Shown here: one piece after another, positions 10,079 to 23,535 of the stretch | Position numbering within the stretch: the stretch's first letter is position 1 | Layout of the letters: every line of letters begins with the position of its first letter | Origin: Tubulanus polymorphus | Lineage: Eukaryota; Animalia; Nemertea | Length of the DNA stretch: 64,000 nucleotides | Direction: 5' to 3' | Assembly (NCBI RefSeq): GCF_964204645.1 | Contig: NC_134025.1 | Coordinates: 29,430,299-29,494,298 of the forward strand | Program-made: the position numbers and the translations under genes | Notes under the pieces: generated by a model | Seen by the model: only the letters and a program-made list of their open reading frames with translations | Told to the model about the DNA's origin: nothing | Database searches by the model: none

Positions 10079-13000
10079 CTGAAAAACATTTACGGGATTA
10101 TCCATTAGATAACTCAATCACTCGAATAGTTAGTTAGCTATAGTTCTCCATTTACCAATATTATTGCACGTTGAATTAGTTCATTCGTGAAATCATCGTA
10201 ACTTTAACCATGGCTTCATGAATTTTTTATAAACATCTAACCATTACGACGCATAATAAGAAGGCTGAAGGCGAAGCGCACAAAGCGTATAATGAGTATA
10301 ATACTGAATAAATCATGATTTGTGATCAATCAGTGCTAATCTACATTATAAATGAATGACGTATTTATCATGTGGACTCAAGGAGCTTATAAAAATGCCT
10401 GTGTATACAACTGATTCCATGACTCCATAGTGCATCACGAACCACGTTATAAGATCATTTTTCATATCTCTAATACCGAGGCATGAAAAATCAGATTGAG
10501 ATGACTTCGGTAATGGAAAATATTCCTAGACCAGACCCGCATCTAACAAGCGAATAACGTTGTCAACGGGCTCGACGCTGTCAGATTCAATTTTTGTGGA
10601 CAAAGATGACGTTCATCTCCAATTTTCCTGCGACAGAGCTTTACTTTCTGCAAACAAACAAGAGTCTGACGTAAAGTCTTCGACGGATATTTGCTGCTTT
10701 CAGATTTGCTTCAGTAGAAAGGAAATCCGTTACCGAGGCGAATACATGTCAAAAGTGTCACGAGTAAATACGATTTAGGCGAGAAAATATAGAATTATAC
10801 CCGATTGTGACACATCAATTTCTCCATGATGAAGTAATCAGACATCGCACATTGATAACAATATCAAATGTGCAGTTGCGAGTCCCGATTCAGTGAAAAA
10901 CGCCATTCTGCCCGTGCATATGACACAAAGGAAACCATCTTGGAAGTGCAGATGGCGTCGACTGGCAAACATAGGACGCTTAGTGTTTGTCGGGAAATAT
11001 GAAACAATATTGTCACGCGTGCGACGGAATAAGAGAAGTAAATGCATAAAAAGAAAGATTGATACATTTTTTACTCATATCTGTTGTATATCGTGATTCG
11101 GTACGTTTTTATTTGTAGAAAGAAAGTTGTCGCACTTTTCGATTATTACTCGTATATGTTCCTCGCATTCCGCCACCAAATCCAAGTAGTTTCGCCAAAT
11201 CCAATTGGTATCGGATACAATACGAAACTCATTACCCTAAAAGGCGATGCCGCAGAAGAATTAGCAGTTACATCAGTAACACATGCCTTGAAGCGGTGTC
11301 TTGTTATTAATTGAGCAAGCATCTGGGAACGTAAGTCTTGTGATGTCTTGTACGCTCGAATCATCCTAATCATTGACTACAAACAACATTAAACACATTC
11401 AACTCGTGTAAATCGTGTTTAATTCCTGTAATTTTGCACACTACTGAGGTTTAGGCGAAGATTTAATCAGCCAAACTCTGTCTCATTTGTTTGTTTTAAT
11501 TACAACTTGACAGCACCATCCCCGATGACATGAGTATTAGCGACAAACTATACATCGACTACCGTTACAACAACAGTCTCTACAGCAATTTTCATCAAAA
11601 TCTGATGTCGCATTCTCGCAGGACATACAGCTAGCAGGGTCCTCATTTTCGTCGGTTTAACTTCATCAACGTCAACACGGGTGAACCATTGATAAATGTA
11701 AGAGGGCTTGCTAAAGATAAACCACATTCTGACAATCGATTGAAATTCGTGTTGAAATTGATGGTATATATGGTTCGCTATTGTTTCCGATATCAACGTA
11801 TTACGTATTTCTCAAAATTTGAAAACGTGTTCAGCTGCAAAATGCATTAAAAAATAAATGAAATGTTACTTTAGGTATTGAATAAATGGATAAGATGTAT
11901 ATATGCAAAGACTCGTGGATGCTTGAATCTATCGTCGACTTTCCTATAACGACACCCGTGGGGAAGGCAGATTATGTTCGCGCTAGTATAACCGTCAGAT
12001 ACCGTACCAACTTTTCTTATTTAAAGTGGACTAAAATGCCATCAACGGTGGTGATAAAATTTCTAGTCATTTGCTCAAATTCTCGTCAGTGATGTGTGCG
12101 TTCATTAAGACGCAATGCTCCGCTAAAGTCATGTTTTCACATGGCTGCTTCGATACACGATGCGTTTGTAGTCCATCTCGATCGAGCTGTTATAAAAGTA
12201 AAACATTTCTCAATTCGTGATGATAATTTTGAGTTTCTCGTTGTTTGCACCGCGGTCAATCCGGGATTGCGGCAAATATGTTTATAGAATAAATTTGAAC
12301 GAGCGATATTTGCATTCTTTACGGCCAGGATTCGCTAAGACATCCGGTTTAACCACTGGAAAATCCTTCGGTGCGTGATCAAATACGCGTAATGATGCCT
12401 CACCAAACCCACGTGGGATATCAAACAAGGACATTCCCTTAATCTATCACCGAGTAGAAGTTCTTAAAGTCGACTGGTGAAGATGACTTTCAATAGGAAA
12501 CACTTGTGTAGTAGAAGGCCTCGGAAACATACTACACAGTACGAGTAGAATGGTAATACAATTTGTACGATTGATTCTCCTACAACAGAAGGAATATCGG
12601 CCCTTTAAGTAATAGAATCCAGCAATACGATTACAAATACGAAACAATAGTCGCACTAGTAAGAATAGTAGTATTTCACTAATGAAGACTAATTGGAAAA
12701 TGCAATTAAACTGTGACTGAGATACTAATATTTGCGTAAAGTTATCGGGTACATTGCCAGCCGACTTCAATATTGTCTATCAAATAATATTGGTCACATG
12801 GTTATTTTCTTCGTAGTTAGCTATAATAGTAACCTGGATGATTTGCTATAACACTAATTGGCTACAAGATTGTCACCAATAATGAAATATGAGCTGACAA
12901 CCATCAAAACTAGAATCAGTAGCGCGCTGTAGAATCGTAATGTGGGAAAGCACTCTCCAGTTAGGAATTACGTGTTAAGAGGTCTAATGATAACCTATTT

Positions 13001-16000
13001 TTGCTAATAATATTCCAATTACTGCGGGCGGGAATATGAGAGAAATTTGCAATTTTCTCAGTGGTGGTGCACAGAAAAATGCAGAGAAGATTCATGCAGT
13101 GCAGACTGGTGCATACTAATATTCATGTAAATTATATATACATGCTAGAAGTACAGGGTAGTTGTCATATGCTAAAGCTATCTTTAAGAATATATCTTCA
13201 TTATGTAATTGAAGATGAGATGAGGAACATTTCCTATTTTATTGTAAGAAATTCACACTTCCGAGACAATCATATGATATTGATATATCGTCTCTCTCAA
13301 ATATATTAATTTTGATAAACATCTATTTTGACTTAACTGAAATACATTAAAGAATGTATGTTCCCAACATTAAAAAAGTATTAATGTAAATAGATATAGA
13401 TTCTATTGCGAACCAGTTTCGATAACAACTGCTGTTTTATGAAACCCTGAATGTATCTGTGTGTCGTCCCTGTGTTTTGTTCTTTTTTTTTTGTTTTATC
13501 GCCATTTGTGTATATTTCATGTCAAGGCACATGCGTTTTACACGTTTTAACTGAATAAAGATTGAATTTGAATGTTATGAATTCAATATTACTTTCTCGC
13601 ACGATTAGTCATAATTCGAATATGGTGCTACAGGCAAGCGCAATTCGATGGCAGGTTTCTGAGATGATTCACAACGTGATCAACGCGTATAAATATGTAC
13701 GATGTTGTGTGGGAAAATAATGCTCCGTAAATCCACCTTCTTTCATTTATAAACGGAGATGTTTTTGTATTGTTTAAACATTGCCTCGACAATCAGGCGT
13801 TCGTTTTACGATCCGGCAACAAATTGCTTCGCAGAACACTCATAAAATTGCGACAATACCCGCTAACAAACGACCAATTGGCTTCGAATCGGACCACTAA
13901 ATAGCCTAATAGCATTCTCTATGTGGAATCGATCCGGTGCTGGGTTGTACAACTGAAGAAGTATATGGTAATACCAATAACTGTCCTCTAGCACCTTATA
14001 TGAGAGAAAAGCTAATCCATATTAAAGAGGAGGTTGCCCGTATATCGAGTTGTTGCAGAAAGTATATACCTACATTAGTTTCTAAATCGGTTTTCGTTAT
14101 TATCATGATTAATAGCTATATGTACGAGCTTTTTGATGTTTGCTCTAGGCATCAAGAATGCGAAAAACGGTATTTTTGCGATAGCTTCAAAATCATGAGC
14201 TTTGCGCTGTTTGCTCCTGAAATACGTGTTATATCCGCCGTATTGAATTGCAGCGGTATACATGCGCTGAAATATTTTGACTCATCGCTTCATAGGTAGC
14301 GGTGTCTACAAAATGAAATGAAATTTCACCGTTACAATACGAGTAATATCGGATTGAAATATATGTATATTTACAATCTGTTAACAGATATGATATGTCC
14401 GTTCCATAACGTGGACAGCAAATTTGCATTTGAAAAGGACCCGTGAGAATCGGAGCAGTTGATATTATAGAATCACTGATTTCCTTTAGGATTACATCAT
14501 TAAGCTCCATGTAATTATGGCTCGCGTTGTCTTGTAAATAGCTGATATTATTTATGACATGATAGGGACCTGTACAGGATTATGTACTGATGTCGCTTGC
14601 AGCGATGAAGGACGTTCTTGCTCTTATAATGCGCGTCTTACTTTACGCAGTGACGACAAATCTGCCTTCGAGTGTAATTGTGGCCCAAGTGGGTAACGTG
14701 TCGAACAACTTTATGATCAAGAGCACAAGCGTGCGAAAGTTGAACTTGTTGAACCGTTGTTTAAGTTGAAGATTTACAACAATCTTACACTGAATCCATT
14801 ATTCCGTGAAAGGGGAATCAACGCTGGATGAGTCTACCCTCTTCTATCATACCACTAACATGACATAAATTTAAATTTAACCAAGTCTGGACTAAAATGC
14901 TAAAAACACTTGTTCAAACCGCTGGGAATCGTAACCGAAATTCTCCAATAACACAAACAATTCAACAAATGAATAATTCAGATATGAATTTGTGATTTAT
15001 GTTTCACGGATGGTTAATTCGTATGTGTCATAATACCGAACTAATTAGTCCGATGGTGATACCAGAGTCTGTTGAACAGGCTACGAACGCCGGACAAAAT
15101 TAGTATCAAACACAATCGTCAAATGTTGATCGATGATTAGGAAGATCTATTATCGGAACTGATGTTGACGCAGCCGAAAGTGATACAGGGTCGTTAGCTC
15201 GATGCTGGACTGATAAGATGGATGATCTTCCGATATAATGACCAATGTCCACATCTCCCACGAATGGTGCCACTTTCATCGCGATAATGAACGTCACTTC
15301 AGATGCAATAAAGGAGGCTTTACGGATTTTTGGATTTTCGGCCAGATAGGCAAAAAGTCATCGGTTTGGAAAGGTTATTTCTTAGGTTTTCTGTTGGCAA
15401 ATAAGCGTTGATTCCTGCACAGAAACGAACGCGGTATAATTGAAAGCGATGATGATTGGTTCGACGAGGTCAAACTATTCCCTGTCAACGCCATACAACC
15501 TATCTATATACTGGATCTTATACGATATAAACTACAGAATCATTTGATTTCCATAACACCAAGAGATGAGCATAATCAGAAAGATCGAAATCTTAATTAA
15601 AATAGATTCACCAGAGTGGACATCTTCAGTTCTAATTAATCAACATATGATCTACCGCATAGCGAAGTCATAGTTTAACATCGGAGGTAATCTCCATCAA
15701 TCTTTAAGAGTACTTATTGGCCTGCGACCAGTCATCGGTGAAAAGCCATCAGTAATGTATCACTCGTCTCCCTCCACTGTTCGCTCGAGTAGAGGATGAC
15801 ACTATTCACCACGACACGAACACGTGGTGAGTAAATTATCGTCCCGTGAGACCGGAAACGGGCACTGATCCGATAAATATTGATGGTGACACTCATTTCG
15901 ACATTGGTCAACGAAATAGGATCTGGCGAACCCGTGACACCTGTTCTTGATGAAGTCGTCTCTGACACGTTATGAGCGACCGTTTGTCTTATTCTGTCGT

Positions 16001-18322
16001 TGATTGCGGAGGTTTTGCGCTGCAGGTTATTACCCACTCCAAACCCACTAGGGAATTAATTGGCTTTCCTATACTGTCCCTTTTATTCCAATCACGTACA
16101 AATATGCGTCGACTGGTATTAGATATAACAATATTGGTGTATGAATTATAATATGTTTTTAATACACATTCTGTCTCTCTCTCCCAAACACCGCTGATGC
16201 TTCCCGTAATATTTTCCGTTTGGTCGTACAGTTATAACTCATCGTAGCGTATGTATTGACATTCGAATATAGATCGCATTATCAAAGTTTCACTTCTTAG
16301 ATCCTTCTGAAGATCATTGAAGCATCATTATTAATTAGCCAAATCAATGAATTCTCGCTCGGCTGATCGACGTACAAAAGACGTCGAATTAACGCTTAAT
16401 TCCGTACAGAATCTTCGCACAAAAGGCGGTATATACCGTCACCATGTGTTAAACGTCATACCTCTCCATTTAATCATAAGAAGGAGTGGTTTGCGAGGCG
16501 GGTATTCATTCACAAACTGGCTGTAATTAATAAAGACGATCCTTTATTGAATTGTTGGCGAGGTGAACCTGTTTAAATAGACACACGGCTAAGTCTCCGC
16601 TGAAATGTGATACGCCGCGCATTCAGTTCGCAGCAAGACGGACAGAAATTTCATATCTCATTCTTCGAAACGATAGTTTCGACAAACGCTTTTAGTGGTT
16701 ACCCATTTCAATAACATTCTCCATTCCATCCAATTATAATATCAGGTTCGAATTCCTGGCAATGAATTTTATTTTTTTCAGTTTCTATAATTCCCTTCGA
16801 TTTGAATGTAAAAGATACAGAAAAACTATTGCCATATCTGTTTTAGAATCACTAAATGCTCAGAAAACTATCCTTTTTCAGATTTTCTTTAGGGATGGCC
16901 AAAATCCCACTTAAAATGACTAATACCTCAGTACTGATTAGCACTTTCATGTACATATGGCGTACTGTTTTATGACCTCCGAAATCTACAGTTGACTCCA
17001 CACAAAATCCGAATCACACCACCTCGACAGAAAGGAGGTTTCGGACTCTCCAAAAGGTCACGTGACCAATAATAGAGTACGATTGGAGGCAAACGGATTC
17101 TCCGATCTGATAAAAGAGTTCACCCCTCAGTCCCCAATTCTAAATTCCTGAATCTCCTCCTGCAAATATGGCGTTCATGAAAGCGTCATGGCGGCATGGT
17201 ATGGCTGTAAGAATTTAGCATAAACAATGCACTTTTTTATTCCATGTTCGTGACTAGTAGTCCGGTTAATTGCCCCAAGCGCATCTTTCCACATTTCAAA
17301 TTATGCTGAAATTACTACGCGCCGCCATTTGAACGACGTCTACTAAACTGCAATAGACTTTCCGTAATGGTTGCCTTTCCCTGAGCACGGAACTGAAAAA
17401 AGAACTTCTTATGCGTAGTTGACAACTTCGTTCCCCCACGAGAGAGCGGTAAAGTACTAGATTCAGTCTGACAACACCTGCCCCGAGATCCCAGTGGCAA
17501 CATGACTTAAAGGAACGCGCACCTGATCCGACATATAGAAATTTAATTAACTATAAAAAAGAGTTGTAGCTAGTTTGTCTCTGGTAATCATACGGCGATA
17601 GAAAAGGCATCTATCATAAGTTGCTTTTTTTTAAAAATCTACGTTTATCGATTTTTCGACACTTTCTATAAGCGAGACGCGCGAAAACGAGTATATCACG
17701 TAAAAGGATAATTATTCCGTAAATTTCCGATAATGATGTAAGATTGTTTTCGAGCGCATCGCGAAAAATTACGCACAATGCCTGATTTACCGGCGGCTGA
17801 GAGAGGAATACCCCGCCGTCGCATTACAGCAGCGATATTAAAAGCGCTGAAGCCAGAAAACGTTTTTCTCTTGGCGCTCAAGGGCCTTTATATGGCGTGT
17901 AAAAACCGGCGAGCGATCTAGCGTGAAATTAGCCCAAAACAGTTACCTGAAATCTTCTTCTGCAAGTGACATCGTGTATTGTCAATGAAAGCGCAGATGA
18001 TAAACTCAAGAGTTTCTGCTCTCTCTCTTTTTACGAGTTCATTTAAAAGCTTTGACGTGGCAATTTGTCTATTCTTTTTAAACTGTTACTGAGCGTTTTT
18101 CGAATCGGTGTCTGGTTTGAGAGGCCACGTGACGAGACTGCATTATATTACGACATCAGATTTAGATGTCACGAAGCCGTGAGATGACGCCATACTAATG
18201 GTAAACAATATGACTGAAAGATTGGAGATGCTGAAATAGTGGAACATGGAATATACTGATCATTGACACAGTCAACATAAACTGGTGCAACGTGGACATT
18301 GGCCGATAAGAAATTGTCCTAA

Positions 18323-18400
18323 TGACCCAGTTCCACAGTTGTGAGTTAAGATTTGACTAACAGTAACTAATTTGAACTAAGAGTTAACTCTAACTCACGA
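18323..18400. mobile_element. Fragment of a second MITE family (terminus CCCAGTTCCACAGTTGTGAGTTA)
   Basis: The same terminus appears in reverse complement at about 25855-25890 and at both ends of 54570-54720. Confidence 0.55.
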
Positions 18401-21288
18401 CATATTTTCACAACACGGAAAGTGTATTTCATCAATATCAAAAATTATTACATTCCACCAACACGAAATTGACTCACCAACTTGGATTGGAATCACCAAC
18501 ATGCAAAATAATAGATATTCTGTTTTATAATCAATTTTTATGTTGATCAATTTCGGAATGCGATTAATTGTATCAAATTCATGTCGGCTTTTGTAATTTA
18601 TAAACAACTTAATGTTATGTAAGGCAAGTCTACAGCGATGGGCAAGCAAATAACTATGACGTCACATGCACGGCTTCGCGTTTTAAGGCTCGTGCTAAGA
18701 ATCACCAAGTTTTTCTTCAATGCGATAATGGTTCCTAAACTGGTGAAATGGTAATGGGGATGTCGAAACTGCTGACATGTTATCGCGATAGTGTCGTAAC
18801 TGCGATTAACGCCACTCACTGTTTTCTGAATGAATTTGAATCTTCCCAATGTAATCGTTCGGCTCTAGATCAACTAATCGCATCATCGAACTAGAAGCCT
18901 AAATCTCGGAAATCTGTTCGAACCCGGAAATTAAAAAATGACAGCATGTGATATATCGAACTGACACGGTTGTAACGGCCACGAGTAATAGCATTCTCTG
19001 ACCATTGGCGGTAATTGCATCGCGCATCGTCATTTCCGCTAACGACTGATGGTTGTAACTGAATTTAAATTTCAGACATGACGCTTCCCGGAACTAAAAA
19101 CGACAAATCTAACGGTCTAATGGTGTTATTCAGTGACGATATACGGACACACTACATTTAACTCGCGAATGATGTATCAGATTTTTACTATAAGAAAGCA
19201 TGGCATTTGCCGACTGGACAAAGACGAGCAATCCATTTCTTTACTTAACAACTACTCTCAGTAATGGATACCTTTTCTTAACAAACGTTACAAAAATATT
19301 TTTTGTATGAATAGTGTGTGAGTCGATGTGCACTACGTCATCGATATTGGCGTTTCAAAATAACATTCAAGGCAGGTTACACTTTCAAGTTAGTTTTCTT
19401 ACGACGCGTTGCTGTCAGACGGCAGTAATCAAACCGGTTTCGATAAACGAGATGAGACGAAAAAAAAACGTTTTCGATCAATCGACCAACAAGATACAAC
19501 AAACGACATACTGTGTTGTGTTATCGCTGTTAATCGTAGCGATGATTATAGATAATCGTTAAGGATGAGATACGTGTGCCATTAAGTACTTGTTCGCCTG
19601 GTCACACAGGACGGTCGCATATTGCCGATACAATACAATAAATAGGTTAATGATTGAGTACGGGGCTCTTTGGTAAATTATAGAAAGTTACCCGATGTAT
19701 ATAAACGATAATTAATGATAGAGGGCAAATATTTGATAGAGTTCTGCATTCGGATGAACACTCGACCAATTAGTTACAAACAGTCGGCTTATGAAAAACA
19801 AAACTTTGATCGACTCGAGAATGCGCTCTGCCGCAATGCGATACTCCAGTCATGTTATACTGCTAATGATATCATTTTGAACTTAAGCGAACAAATTTTT
19901 AACTTAAGTCCTCAACAAGTGAAGTCCCTAAAAACTGAATAGAAGAACTAATTTGAACGTTTATTGATACCTTGAAAACGATACCATTGGCCACGTTTCG
20001 GTGGTTATGCATATCGATAATTTGATTTAATTGGATTGAATTGAAGAAAATGGAGACCGGACACCAGACTAGCTCCAATATTGACGACGTATGCACGCAC
20101 TTCGACTCACGCACTACCCCTTCATTAACGCACAGTAGTGACTAAGTATTGAGGATATTTTTCATGATATTCACGACGTCAAAAAGCCCTATCAGAGGAA
20201 AGTAATATTCAAAACGTATGAGCTAGGTATATTCTCAAGCTGACGAGTTACAAATGTTTTAAGCCGGGCGTAGGTCGACCTTGCGACGCGATGCGATCGT
20301 CGCGTTGCGTCACACAAGTGGCCGCGCAAGTCGGTTGCGACGCGATTGTCAGCGACTGTATGCGACTAGTTGCTGCCAGTCGCAAGAGCGCGTAGACGTT
20401 CATTTTCTGGTAACTTCAAAAAGTGTCGCAGCACGATCGATCCCTTCACGGCGAGACATCGTTAACATTTATACGACTTCTAATGATGACAAGAAGAGTT
20501 TCAGGTCGGAAGATTTACCGCTTCTTACGGGTAATTAAAATTCTCATTACATTTTCTAAGACGCGACTAATTGGTGGTATACGATAGATGAAACATGTCC
20601 CATCGGATATCGAGAAAAACAGACGCGCTGCACCGAATACTACGTGCTCGGGATGTAATCGACTTAAGAAGAATTCATCCAAGGTTTTACCGCTTCCCGT
20701 TCCGTGATGTGGTTTACTTGTAACTTCAGTAAAAAGCACAGTAATAAAGAATTCTGACATAGATATTAACCTTCACTTGCTGCTATCTCATCGGTATGGA
20801 AAGCATGTTCGCTTCGCGGTTGTTCGGCGAGCTGAACACAGATGTTTCGGATGCGCTTTTCACCGAGATTCTCCTATGGTTAGCTATAAAATTACTTTTG
20901 CATAGCTTGATTCTGCCGTGAAATTGAGTTTATCTTTAAGGTTAAACGGATCCCGCAACGACGGCCTGAGATAATGTAATATGCGTTCGTATTTCGAGAA
21001 TAAAGTACGTTAAAATGGGCCAATAACACTTGTACCTTATCACCTACACACTAAATACTTATGCCGAATAGATTATGAAGCTCAGAAATGTGCAACTGCT
21101 TCAAAACACTAAAGAAAATACTAGAAAGTGAACTCCAAATCAGAATGGATGGATGTTTACGGAATTTGGACACGTTTTTCACGTGGGAGCTCGAATAAAA
21201 CATTGATAATTCTGTTAGAGCTAAGCTTCACCAGGTCTATCCATCTAACCGGGAACCGTCTTAACGGGCAAAACAAAAACGTCCGTTC

Positions 21289-21362
21289 GGCGTGTATAGC
21301 GGTTTAGTGGTTAGATGCTTAAATGGCTAGCGGTCCCAGGTTTTAATCTGGGTTTAGCTGCA
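21289..21362 (+). mobile_element. Possible decayed tRNA-derived SINE head
   Basis: A-box-like tagcggtttagtgg and B-box-like ggttttaatc at tRNA-like spacing; no intact cloverleaf. Confidence 0.3.
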
Positions 21363-23270
21363 ATAATCTCTTTGAAGATGATATCTTTTTGGTGGTAAAA
21401 TTTTCTATTTTTCTCTGGGTATACGGGTCTGTGTGGACGACGTTAGGTATTTTTATTTACAAGATTCACTGAATAAAATGTACGGTATTTAAAATTGCCG
21501 CATGATTTGCCTCGGCGCTCCAGTAGCGCTTTTCCGCTTTCCCGCGCTTTCCGCGCCTGCGCGAACGCGTGACTCAAAAATCTAAAATTGCTTATCGAAG
21601 TAAAATCTCTAATACTCGGTGAGAAGTTGTAAGTTCATCAATCTATTTCAATGAATTCTTTCATATATATGATTTAAAATGGTTTACATAAAATTAGGTT
21701 ATTCAAAATAATTTTGAAACATATGTTTCAGATTTGAATGTAAACCATACCGCATACGAGCCCGAATATAGTGTGTTCAATACGAAATATCGCCCATCAC
21801 CGGGTACCATAACAATAACAGTCGTTTGGGATAATCTTTATGTTTGAAAGAATTGATAGCGATGCTTCAAAACTTTATATGTTGATAATCGACGGACGCT
21901 TTTTTATACTTATTGGAAAGTTCGCCATGATATGACGCATAAAAGACAACAGTCTATGTTTTATGATATAACGCATAACGGCGGTGTTCATTATCCTCGG
22001 GATATATTTACTATAGTAATGATAAAAGTGTTGCCATTAATTGGCGTTAAGGGTCTAATCTAACTCGTACGTCCTGGTGGTGTTTATTAAGAACACTGCC
22101 AGAAGTGCAACTCATTAGTGTCCGTTTTCATAGAAATGCCTCCGGTGTGAACAATTATCGTGTTGAGATTCATCGATTCTCGACCGAGTTAAAAGTAACC
22201 CGATTTCTACGTACGTTGTCGCACACGAGTCCGACGAGTCAGTCCATCGTCCGCGTCGTAGCGTGCACCATTCATTACGAAAAAAACTGCCTCAGCGCAT
22301 TTGAAAAAGAAGTTTTTTTTTCGTGCGCGCGTAAGCCGTGACGAGTTTGAGATACGTGCATTGATTCATTGATAATTCGATGATCAGATCGGTATTAAAA
22401 CTACGTATCAACGCGTAATGGGCTGTATTAATAAAGCGATAATACTATATGACGCCAATAAGCGGCATAATTGTATTTTACGGGTCGTTCCGTAGCGCAG
22501 GTAATTATATCCGGTATTACCGTACAGCTTCATCATCTACACTTTTTATCATTTATTGATCACAAAGGCCGCAGAAACTTGCGCCGTAATTAAAATCCAT
22601 GTCAAAAGCAAAAGAACGCCGGGTATATTTTATGAATAGAGCTCGGAGTTGGGGTTAAGAAATCTCTCTTATTATCGGTCTCTATAAACGAAAGTTTTTA
22701 CAACTCTCTCATTTTCAATTGGCTTCTAATTTCGCGTTGCTCTTCGAACGGAAATGAACTCGAAGAAAGTTCTACGTCGCGTTCGCTTTTATTCGATGCA
22801 TAACTAATCGTGCGTCTCGTGTATTGAAAAAATAAAAACAAATATTAACGTTCCAGTCACGGAGAATTTAAATCGCCTGAAATTATCAACTAATTTCGAA
22901 ATAATGCGGAGGATGGCTGATACTTTCTGCCGAGTTAAAAGCCATGAATAAGTCATGTAAAATGATCTACAGCGACAGAATGAAATCATTAGAAAGAGTT
23001 TTACAACAATTGCAGACCGGTATTCAGACTAGAATGTAGGCACGTTTACAGCGGTATCATCCACGTCACTAATTGGTTCGTGTTTATCGTCATACGTAGA
23101 AAGAAGGAGACATCCTCTCTTTCTCCGTGCTGTTCGTGTCACATAAAAAAATACTACCGACATCATCTCGTGTTATAACCAGTGATCCCTTCAATGAAGT
23201 GGTCACCGACTCATTACCCGACCTTCTTTACATAATGCAGAGCTGTAAGGACCGCATTGTTGCGTGGTCT

Positions 23271-23535
23271 AGCCGTGATCATCACACTGGCATTTTAGAA
23301 CCGAGCCAAATTTGGCCCATGCTCATGTCAACCGTTCACAGGGTTGTTAAATGAGTCGTGCCTGTTTGATACGGGCGCGCACGATTGCTAACTGGTTTCC
23401 GAACTGACTCGCCTAACTTACCACAGTTCAGTAACGAGTTAGTGATCTATATGTGAACGCGCATTCTAATTAGACACGGGTCTTATTTGACCCCGATTTG
23501 ACCCGGATCAAAATCGTTTCCGTCTGATTGCGGCT
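23271..23535. mobile_element. Probable degenerate MITE; related ccaaatttgg-containing elements near 4720-4910 and 25120-25290
   Basis: Imperfect ends agccgtgatc ... gattgcggct and shared internal motifs (ccaaatttg, tttgaccc). Confidence 0.4.
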
